NCBI GenBank assembly: GCA_002269645.1
Contig: NIVC01001375.1
Coordinates: 124,001-188,000 of the forward strand
Reading direction: 5' to 3'
Length of the DNA: 64,000 nucleotides
From: Macrostomum lignano
Lineage: Eukaryota
This document shows positions 54,267 through 64,000 of this stretch, piece after piece. The notes under the pieces are model-generated. The model did not search any database, had not been told where the DNA came from, and was given only the letters and a program-made list of their open reading frames with translations. Position 1 is the first letter of the stretch. Each line of letters starts with the position of its first letter. The position numbers and the translations under genes are program-made.

Positions 54267-55733
54267 ATGGAGTATTCTTTTACCTCCGACACGTCCGAGG
54301 CTGCTGGAGCACCAACCGAGGTTGGCACCGCGGCCCAGCCGGACATTCGCAACACCGGAACCCCGGTGCCTCTCAATCTGCCGCTGCCGCCGCTCAGGAT
54401 AATACCGGAGTGGCTGGACAAGACAGCGGACCTCAGATTTCGAAAAAGAAGGCCCGTAGCATTGCTCGCTACAAAGCCTTCCTCCAGCGCAAAGCGGAGG
54501 AACGGAGGAATGCGAAAGCCGCCCCTCCGGCCACCTCTGAGGAGGGTGCCGGTAACTCTGCGAACCCCGCGGAGGAGCCGACATCCGACAAGGGGGTGGA
54601 CCCGCGCGCCGGTCTGATGCGTCAGGTGCCGCCGAAGCTCCTGGTGCGGCTGGCCCCTCCCGTGACCGGACCACTGCCCGTGTGGAAGCTCCCACGGCCG
54701 TGGAGGGATCCAAAGCGGGGGGCGCTGGCCAAACCACAAAGCCGAAGCGAACCTACGCGGCTATGGCCAAGAGGCAGCCGGCCCTGGTTTCCAAGGCCAG
54801 GAGACGCCTCTTACGGCCGAACAGCTCGACCTTATCTGGCGCAGGTTGGACTCCCACCTGGTCAAGATGGCCTTGAGCGGCACTACCATTCGAGTCCAAA
54901 AGACGAAAGTCGAGGACCAAGCCCTCTATATCCAGCCCGCCGACAGCCAGTCAGGACAGCAGCTCCTCGAGCTGCTGAAAACCTTCGACTGGGGTACGGA
55001 GCTGGAGAACCTGTTCATCTACAGGGAGGACGAGCGACCCCGGACACACCGGCACCGTGCCTGGATCCCGGCTCGCAGCTGCATCACCAAGGCCGACGAG
55101 CTGCGTCACCTGCTAGTGGCTTCCAACCCGGAGCTACCGGCCAACGGTGTCGTAGTTCACGAGACCATCTCCAAGCCGGGCGGAGACGGTTTCACGGCTA
55201 TTCTTGGACTGTCGGATAGCTGGATGCTCCGCTACCCAGACATGTCCATCATCTCTGTCGGGCTGTTGCAGATTCAGCTCTTTAGCTTTGAGTCTGACGC
55301 CACCCGCCCACCGCCCCCGGAGAAGCGTAAGCGGGCAGTCGGGGGCTCTGCCGGGCGGAAACGCCCAGGAAAAGAAGCTCCCGGTCGTCACGACCCCTCC
55401 GAGGACGTGGACCCTGTCAGAGGGAAAGCCGCGAAAGCTGCAGCAACAGGCGGACGTGGAAAGGGCCGGAAACCCGCCCGGAACACTATCCGCTCTGGTC
55501 TGACTCAGCGCGCGAAGCAGCTGCTGGACACCGCCAAGGCCCCCAACCGCAGCCACCCCCAGCCCAGTGTCACCACTGCGGCTCCCCCGGAAAACCGGGC
55601 CGAGAGCGAGAATGCCGCCCAGGTAGCGACATCGCCCTCGACCATGGAATCCATCCGGGAGGAGCCCATGGAGCTGGAGCCTGGAGCTATTGGCGAGGCA
55701 GAAGAGGCAGCTCTCCTGCACAACTCGCCTTGA
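54267..55733 (+). CDS. Retroelement ORF1 (~490 aa after correcting about three -1 frameshifts near 54360, 54600 and 54790); low-complexity N-terminus, KRTYAAMAK motif, globular region resembling LOA ORF1 (DUF4780-like, inferred)
   Basis: ATG at 54267. Protein-like sequence passes successively through frames 0, 2, 1 and 0, ending at TGA 55731-55733. Confidence 0.65.
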
Positions 55734-58700
55734 GCCGGCAGGAAGCTGCGCGGACCACTCGTGGAATCCCCGGAGTGGACATCCTGCAGCTTAACCTGCA
55801 CCACTGCATCGCGGCCTCGACCAACCTGATGCAGGTGGCAAACTTTGCGAAACCGGGCATCATCCTACTCCAGGAGCCCTGGACAAAGAAAGGTAAGATT
55901 CCGAATATTCCTGCTGGTTTTGACTGTTTTCAAGACCCCCAAAACCCCAGAGCAGCCATTTTCGTATCTACCCACCTCAAAGCTTGGCACAGACCGGACC
56001 TCTCTGACAGAGACCTCTGTGTCATTCAGTCCAACCACATTATCACCAACCGCACGGTCATCGTCGCCTCGATCTATATCCCTGGCGATGGCCCGCGGTT
56101 CCACCCAACCTCACCTCCCTCGTGGACTACTGCTCTAACCGTAGGTTCGAGCTGCTGGTGGCGGGCGACATCAACGCTCACCACACCCACTGGGGCAGTA
56201 ATACTTCCAACAGCAGAGGCGAGGAACTCCTTGCTTACATCTGCACCACCAACACTGAGTTTTGCAACATTGGTGGAACCCCCACCTTTGACAACGGGCG
56301 ATGGACGGAGGCCCTCGACGTTTCCCTCGTCTCCCATGGCTTGGCTCCTTTAGTCAAGGACTGGGAGGTGTGGGACGAAGAGGAGTCTCTGTCTGACCAT
56401 CGCTTCGTTCGTTTTCGTTTGCAATCCTCTTGCCCCAAGCCTCACATTCTGTGGAAAAGGAACGTCCGGAACACTGATTGGACGGCTTTCACGGAAACCC
56501 TGAAATGCCAGACAGATCAGCTGACTACCGTCGCTCCAACCACCTGTCAGGAAGTGGATGACCTTGCAGACTTGCTCAGCAAGACCGTCCTGACAGCCCA
56601 TGAGGCTTCCTGTCCTCTTAAAGCCTACAAAGGCAAAAAATCCGCCCCCTGGTGGCACCCGGTGCTCGGATCCCTCCGGCGCAAGGCAAAGTGCCTCCAA
56701 CGGAAAGCTCGCAAGAGCAAGGACCCAGCTGACCTGGCCGCCTATCAAGAAGCGATCCGCGACTTTAAGCGTGAAACCAGGAAAGCCAAGTCCGACAAAT
56801 GGCGCCAATACTGCGCGGAGTTAGAAGGCACCCGCCCTACTTCGCGCGTAGTTAAGGCTCTCACCCTCGACAAAATGTCAAAGCTCTCAGTTATTAAAAG
56901 ACCGGACGGCCGGCTCGCTGAGAACCCTGGGGAATCGCTGGACATTATGCTCACCAGCTCTTTCCCACGTGCCGCACCGCAGCTAGGCCCACCGGACCAC
57001 TCTCCGGGCGGACAGATCCTGGCTTCGACCATCATTACTAGAGAGAGGACGGCTCGCGCCGCAAAATCCTTCTCTCCTTTCAAGTCCCCGGGTCCTGACA
57101 ACATTTATCCTGCCTTCCTTCATGAGGCAGTTAAAAATGACAGGTTTCTCGGCCTCCTCTGCAACCTCTTCAAGGCCAGCATTACCCTCGGGTATGTGCC
57201 AAAAGCCTGGCAAGAGGCTACGGTAGTCTTCATACCCAAGCCAGGAAAGGGAGACTATCACTCCGCCAAAGCTTACCGCCCTATCAGTCTGACGTCCTTC
57301 TTCCTCAAACTGATGGAATGGCTGGTGCTCTGGCGCCTTCTCCTCGTTGAGCTGAGGAACTCCCCGCTCTCCCCTAATCAGCACGCCTTTCGTCCTGGAC
57401 GTTCCATCGAAAGTGCGCTGCACGCCATTGTCGACAAGCTGGAGCGCGCCGTGCTTGGCAGTGGATACGCGCTATCGCTTTTCCTCGACATTGATGGTGC
57501 TTTTAACAATGTGCTCTTTGAAGCCTTTAAGCGAGCCCTGGAATCCCGGGGCACGCACGAGCACCTCACCCGCTGGATCATGTACATGGTCTCCCATCGT
57601 ACTGCCACCTCGCACCTCCTGGGACACTCACGCTCCGTGGAAGTCCAGAAAGGCGGACCGCAAGGTGGAGTCCTCAGCCCGATCCTCTGGAACTTAGTCA
57701 TGGACAGCTGCTTTGCAGCCCGCATCCGGACCCTGTTCAGAAGGTCGGCTATGCGGACGATGTTACCGCCACTGTGGCTGGACCATCGCCCGCGGTCCTC
57801 AGGGACCTCCTTCAAGCCTTCATCCACCGTGCCGAGCGCTGGGCACATAGCTGCAGTCTCAGGTTCTCTGAGTCTAAAACCGTGGCTATCATGTTCACCA
57901 GCCGCCGAAACTGGAGGATCAAACCGCTCTCCCTCTACGGCAAACCTGTTGCCATGGAGAAACAAACTAGATGTCTGGGCGTCACCCTCGACCACAGGTT
58001 GAGCTGGACCCCGCACATCCAAACCAAAGCCTGCAAAGCTCTCGCGACTCTCGCGCAGATCCGCAGAGCTTTCGGTGCTACTTGGGGCCTCACCCCCCGC
58101 CGCCTCTGGTGGATTTACACTGCCATTGTTAGACCGGCCATCTCCTTCGCCGGCTTCATTTGGAACAGTGCCCTAGAGGTGAAAGGGGTTCTTGAGGTTT
58201 TAAATAGGGTGCAAGGCCGCGCTTGTCGAGCTATCATGAGCGCGGCTCCCTCAACGCCCTTCGCTGGCATGAACTCCTTCTTGGATATTCCCCCCCTCGA
58301 CCTCTTTGTTAGAGGGGAGGCTATGAAAACCACCCGTCGTCTGCTTGACGCGGGTGTCCAAATCCAGAAGCAGTTTGCCTTCAGAAAGCGGAACCTCCGG
58401 CCGCACGGCGACCTCAGCCTGCGAGACCTGGAAGCAGCGAGAGGCCTGCTGACCCTCTCGGACGGAATCCCGTCCACGCTCTGCCCCCCGCTCAAATACA
58501 AAACCAGCATTCCACCACGCCATGAAGCGAGAGACAACTGGAAACCCCATGAAATCCACTGCTTCACTGACGGGTCCCAAATCAACTCCGCCTCTGGATA
58601 CGGCTACTGCATCGTGTCTGGAGGGAGAACTGTGGCGACCTTCTCCCAACACACCGGCACCTGCTCCACCGTCTTCCAGAACGAAGTTCTCGCCATCAGC

Positions 58701-59476
58701 TCCTGCGCCATGGAGCTGTACAATCAGCGCGTCTGGGGGAAGGAAATTACCCTCCACTCGGACAGTCAAGCGGCGATTCACGCCCTTGAGCGCACCACCA
58801 CCTGCTCGCGTACAGTCCTCGACTGCATCAGGCAGCTCAACCGCTTAGGCGCCTCCAACAAGGTGTCCCTAAGGTGGATCCCCGGGCATTCGGGCCACCC
58901 CGGCAACGAGCTGGCCGATCGCCTGGCTAAGTTTGGCTCGACCGGTTCTTTTACTGGTCCCCTGCCCGTGGCCCCCACCCCCATCGCTGTTGTCACCACT
59001 CGGATCAACCAGTGGGTGGCTTCTAAGCACAGGGAGAGGTGGGCTAACGCCCCGACTGCCGGCAATCCCGCGCGGCTGTCCCCTGTCCCTCCCCCGCCCT
59101 TCGCAGGGCCCTGCTTGGACTCAACCGCAGGGACATCAGGGCGGTTACCATGCCCCTCTCAGGTCATGGCTGCTTTGCCAGGCATCGTTACCTCCAGGAG
59201 AAAATCCGCAGTGAGGAATGCCCTTTCTGCCTCTCCGGTGTCGAGAATGCGGAGCACTTCATCTGTGAATGCCCCGCCTTTACTCAGGACAGGCTCACCT
59301 ACCTCAGCCCAAACCCGGACCTCTCCGACGTTTTTAGGCCCGAGAATCTCTGCCAGCTCGTCCGCTACCTAAGGGCTACCGGGCGAGCAACAATCCACCT
59401 CCTGGACTCTCCGGAGGGGGACCGCGCTGCGGACGCCGGCGCCACCGGAACTCCCTGCGCGACACCGCAGCACTAG
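55730..59476 (+). CDS. Retroelement ORF2 (~1250 aa): AP endonuclease, reverse transcriptase, RNase H, C-terminal Zn knuckle; three -1 frameshifts (about 56095, 57708, 59050)
   Basis: APE motifs [29 protein letters not shown] motifs [50 protein letters not shown]. RNase H motifs [32 protein letters not shown]. Knuckle CPFC-x8-HFICEC. Confidence 0.93.
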
Positions 59477-59556
59477 CTGCCCGTGGTCGCCAGGGGTTAG
59501 CAAAATGGGCGGCAACGCCTCCTCGCTGTTTCCGGACGCACGGAGCCCCCTGCAGC

Positions 59557-59574
59557 TAAGTCAAGTAAGTCAAG
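59557..59574 (+). repeat. 3' tail of the retroelement: (TAAGTCAAG)2 instead of poly(A)
   Basis: Two perfect 9-nt units immediately before the target duplication. Confidence 0.8.
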
Positions 59575-59586
59575 ACCCTACTCTGC
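59575..59586 (+). other. Target-site duplication ACCCTACTCTGC (12 bp, or 14 with AG microhomology); the left copy ends at 53665
   Basis: The left flank ends ...CAGACCCTACTCTGC and the right flank restarts at ACCCTACTCTGC. In a 16-bp periodic array this is formally equivalent to a 4-bp deletion. Confidence 0.6.
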
Positions 59587-60620
59587 TCAGACCCTACTCT
59601 GCTCAGACCCTACTCTGCTCAGACCCTACTCTGCTCAGACCCTAAGCTACTCAGACCTTAAGCTACTCAGACCTTAAGCTACACAAACCCTAAACTACTC
59701 AGACCCTAAGCTACTCAGACTCTAAGCTACTCAGACCCTAAACTACCCAGACTCTAAGCTACTCAAACCCTAAACTACCCAGACCCTAAGCTACTCAGAC
59801 TCTAAGCTACTCAGACTCTAAGCTTTTCAGACCCTAAACTACTCAGACTCTAAGCTTCTCAGACTCTAAACTACCCAGACCCTAAGCTACTCAGACCCTA
59901 AACTACCCAGACCCTAAGCTACTCAGACCCAAAGCTACCTAGAACCTAAGCTACTCAGACTCTAAGCTACTCAGACCCTAAGCTACCCAGACCCTAAGCT
60001 ACTCAGACTCTAAACTACCCAGACCCTAAGCTACTCAGACCCTAAGCTACCTAGACCCTAAGCTACTCAGACCCTAAGCTACTCAGACCCGAAGCTACTC
60101 AGACCCTAAGCTACTCAGACCCTAAGCTACTCAGACCCTAAGCTACTCAGACCCTAAGCTACTCAGACCCTAAGCTACCTAGACCCTAAGCTACTCAGAC
60201 CCTAAGCTACCTAGACCCTAAGCTACTCAGATCCTAAGCTACTCAGACCCTAAGCTACTCAGACCCGAAGCTACTCAGACCCTAAGCTACTCAGACCCTA
60301 AGCTACCTAGACCCTAAGCTACTCAGACCCTAAGCTACTCAGACCCGAAGCTACTCAGACCCTAAGCTACTCAGACCCTAAGCTACTCAGACCCTAAGCT
60401 ACTCAGACCCTAAGCTACTCAGACCCTAAGCTACCTAGACCCTAAGCTACTCAGACCCTAAGCTACCTAGACCCTAAGCTACTCAGATCCTAAGCTACTC
60501 AGACCCTAAGCTACTCAGACCCGAAGCTACTCAGACCCTAAGCTACCTAGACCCTAAGCTACTCAGACCCTAAGCTACTCAGACCCGAAGCTACTCAGAC
60601 CCTAAACTACTCAGACCCTT
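59575..60620. repeat. 16-bp minisatellite: 4 type A units, then about 61 type B units (CTCAGACCCTAAGCTA)
   Basis: The switch occurs at about 59645. The period is unchanged and the 11-bp core CTCAGACCCTA is shared. Confidence 0.96.
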
Positions 60621-61404
60621 ACCCTACTTAAACCCAAACTACTAATACCCTTCATCTCTCTGGCTGAAAAAACCCTGGAGAACATTGCCAATGAACCCTC
60701 ACCGAACAGTTCCATATTCTAGGCCTAGAAATTCACTCATGAACTGCGCAGCTCACTGCCCACTCTTCACTAGCTGGTCTTGTTAATCGCAGAAATAATT
60801 TTCCGCCAATGAAAAATCATATTGTCAAGAAATCAGTACAATTAATTTCTAAGATTGAATATAAATTAGATGATCAAATTAGCGACGCCATCTGTCCTAG
60901 ATTTCCGGACAGTAGAAATTCAATTGCAATTGATAATCATATTTGTAAACGCGTGAGATTTCGTCTCCCTTTGATGTTGAGCCGGTAGTAAAGAAATTTG
61001 CGTTCATCTTGTTCGCGAGCACACTTTGGACTGCTCTGTGAGCACGAACATGCGGTCGTTTGACTCAGCCAGTCAGCATAACAAGATTGAGATTGTAGAA
61101 AATTGACACTAAGTACACATTGGCACTGTAATAAGCCTGTGTAGTGTAGCTCAGATTGACGCGGCACTTGGTGCACACTGGGGTCTGTCACATCTGTCAG
61201 TGTTTGCGCGAATTTGAGGCTGCGGTGTCATCGGCGGCTGGCTTCTGTTCCCTATTCCCACCCCCACTGGCTGTTTGACAGCTTTAGAGCTAAGATTTGT
61301 GGGAGCATAAGGTGACAAATGACCGAGTGATAGAGGACAGGTGTAACGGAGACATAAGTCTGGGAGAGATATGGGTATAGCTCGTAAATATGAGTGAGAA
61401 AGAG

Positions 61405-61920
61405 ATACGGGTGAGAGGGAGATAGAGGTGAGAGGGAGATAGAGGTGAGAGGGAGATAGAGGTGAGAGGGAGATAGAGGTGAGAGGGAGATAGGGGTGAG
61501 AGGGAGATAGGGGTGAGAGGGAGATAGGGGTGAGACGGAGATAGGGGTGAGAGGGTGATAGGGGTAAGAGGGAGATAGGGGTGAGAGGGAGATAGGGGTG
61601 AGAGGGGAGATAGGGGTGAGACGGAGATAGGGGTGAGAGGGTGATAGGGGTAAGAGGGAGATAGGGGTAAGAGGGAGATAGGGGTGAGAGGGAGATAGGG
61701 GTGAGAGGGGAGATAGGGGTGAGACGGAGATAGGGGTGAGACGGAGATAGGGGTGAGACGGAGATAGGGGTGAGAGGGAGATAGGGGTAAGAGGGAGATA
61801 GGGGTAAGAGGGAGATAGGGGTAAGAGGGAAATAAGGGTGAGAGGGAGATAGGGGTGAGAGAGAGATAGGGGTGAGAGGGAGATGGGGGTGAGAGGGGAG
61901 ATAGGATTGACAGGGAGATA
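61405..61920. repeat. 17-bp minisatellite (GGGGTGAGAGGGAGATA family), second array
   Basis: Same unit and orientation as 50490-52088. Confidence 0.95.
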
Positions 61921-62281
61921 CAGACGCAATTATGCAGTGCATGGTTTAATAGAAGTGAGAGCGATACAAAAATGACTCTCCTTGTCCTGCAACACAAAAA
62001 TAAAGCAGCTCTGCATTATGCATACGAAGTTGATTCCCGATGAGTTGGAGACCAGACCACATCAAACAGAGTGCGGTCATGCCAGGGAGGTCAAATCCCA
62101 ATTCAAGCGAGGACCGAACAGTACAACTCGATGCACGCGAACTGACGAAGTCACTCTTTACTTATCTAAATGAAAAAATCAGCGAGTTCGTTGATCGATG
62201 ACTGACAGTTGCGGTCTCGTGTCCTGAGCTGAAACATACTGGGCATACTTTGAGCAGGGTCTGTGTGGATGTTCGTATCTG

Positions 62282-64000
62282 TCTGCCCTCACTGATCTCT
62301 CTCTGCCCTCTCTGATCTCTCTCTGCCCTCTCTAATCTCTCTGCCCTCTCTGATCTCTCTGCCCTCTCTGATCTCTCTCTGCCCTCACTGATCTCTCTCT
62401 GCCCTCACTGATCTCTGCCCTCTCTGATCTCTCTCTGCTCTCACTGATCTCTCTCTGCTCTCACTGATCTCTCTCTGCCCTCACTGATCTCTCTCTGCCC
62501 TCACTGATCTCTGCCCTCTCTGATCTCTCTCTGCTCTCACTGATCTCTCTCTGCTCTCACTGATCTCTCTCTGCCCTCACTGATCTCTCTCTGCCCTCAC
62601 TGATCTCTGCCCTCTCTGATCTCTCTCTGCTCTCACTGATCTCTCTCTGCTCTCACTGATCTCTCTCTGCCCTCACTGATCTCTCTCTGCCCTCACTGAT
62701 CTCTGCCCTCTCTGATCTCTCTCTGCTCTCACTGATCTCTCTCTGCCCTCCCTGATCTCTCTCTGCCCTCCCTGATCTCTCTCTGCTCTCACTGATCTCT
62801 CTCTGCCCTCTCTGATCTCTCTCTGCTCTCACTGATCTCTCTCTGCCCTCCCTGATCTCTCTCTGCTCTCACTGATCTCTCTCTGCCCACTCTGATCTCT
62901 CTCTGCTCTCACTGATCTCTCTCTGCCCTCTCTGATCTCTCTCTGCTCTCACTGATCTCTCTTTGCCCTCACTGATCTCTCTCTCTCTGCCCTCACTGAT
63001 CTCTCTCTGCTCTCACTGATCTCTGCCCTCTCTGATCTCTCTCTGCCTTCACTGATCTCTGCCCTCTCTGATCTCTGCCTTCACTGATCTCTGCCCTCTC
63101 TGATCTCTCTCTGCCCTCACTGATCTCTGCCCTCTCTGATCTCTCTCTGCCTTCACTGATCTCTGCCCTCACTGATTTCTCTCTGCCCTCTCTGATCTCT
63201 CTCTGCTCTCACTGATCTCTCTCTGCTCTCACTGATCTCTGCCCTCTCTGATCTCTCTCTGCCTTCACTGATCTCTGCCCTCTCTGATCTCTCTCTGCCC
63301 TCTCTGATCTCTCTCTGCTCTCACTGATCTCTCTCTGCTCTCACTGATCTCTCTCTGCCCTCACTGATCTCTTCCCTCTCTGATCTCTCTCTGCCTTCAC
63401 TGATCTCTCTCTGCTCTCACTGATCTCTCTCTGCTCTCACTGATCTCTCTCTGCCCTCACTGATCTCTCTCTGCCCTCACTGATCTCTCTCTGCCCTCAC
63501 TGATCTCTGCCCTCTCTGATCTCTCTCTGCCCTCCCTGATCTCTCTCTGCTCTCACTGATCTCTCTCTGCTCTCACTGATCTCTCTCTGCCCTCACTGAT
63601 CTCTCTCTGCCCTCTCTGATCTCTCTCTTTGCCCTCACTGATCTCTGCCCTCTCTGATCTCTCTCTGCCCTCACTGATCTCTTCCCTCTCTGATCTCTCT
63701 CTGCCTTCACTGATATCTGCCCTCTCTGATCTCTCTCTGCCTTCTCTGATCTCTCTCTGCCCTCACTGATCTCTCTGATCTCTCTCTGCTCTTACTGATC
63801 TCTCTCTGCCCTCTCTGATCTCTCTCTGCCCTCTCTGATCTCTCTGATCTCTCTCTGCTCTTACTGATCTCTCTCTGCCCTCTCTGATCTCTCTCTGCCC
63901 TCTCTGATCTCTGCCCTCTCTGATCTCTCTCTGCCCTCTCTGATCTCTCTCTGCCCTCTCTGATCTCTGCCCTCTCTGATCTCTCTCTGCCCTCTCTGAT
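62282..64000. repeat. 16-22-bp pyrimidine-rich minisatellite (CTGCCCTCACTGATCTCTCT), runs off the right edge
   Basis: Tandem units with a variable (CT)n count. Confidence 0.96.

Larger units (their letters stand above)
53666..59574 (+). mobile_element. Apparently full-length non-LTR retrotransposon, LOA clade (R1/I group), with RNase H
   Basis: Sharp junctions with the 16-bp array on both sides. About 600-nt 5' UTR, ORF1, and ORF2 carrying APE, RT, RNase H and CCHC. 3' tail (TAAGTCAAG)2. Motifs [19 protein letters not shown] and DIPPLDLFV are typical of LOA-type ORF2 as recalled. Confidence 0.93.

Noticed and set aside
53820-59065. Antisense and off-frame ORFs within the retroelement, including 53900-55219 taken as a whole
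   Set aside because: They are by-products of GC-rich coding sequence. Only the central part of the 53900 frame appears to belong to the frameshifted ORF1.

Overview
Eukaryotic (metazoan) genomic DNA with GT-AG introns and a very high density of micro- and minisatellites. The style suggests a free-living flatworm such as Macrostomum, but the sequence does not prove this. Almost all long ORFs in the track are artefacts of tandem repeats. The supported content is: (1) a two-exon minus-strand neuropeptide precursor (2918-3002/3029 + 1362-1576) with a signal peptide and eight KR-flanked copies of an unfamiliar, non-amidated tetrapeptide FADF. (2) An 11-exon minus-strand anosmin-1/KAL1 homologue (44628 to 11692, about 839 aa), assembled by hand from splice sites: signal peptide, Cys box, WAP, 4x FN3 and a C-terminal GPI-signal-like hydrophobic tail. 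It has one 1-nt frameshift inside the WAP exon. (3) An apparently full-length ~5.9-kb non-LTR retrotransposon of the LOA/R1 group (53666-59574, +) with ORF1 and APE-RT-RNaseH-CCHC ORF2, a (TAAGTCAAG)2 tail and a 12-14 bp target duplication, inserted into a 16-bp minisatellite. (4) A possible Bcl-2-like exon at the left edge. (5) About 35 tandem arrays, several belonging to related families. Every frameshift found (1 in KAL1, about 6 in the retroelement) is a missing single base, which points to assembly errors rather than decay. Comparisons with known proteins are from memory and were not run as searches.
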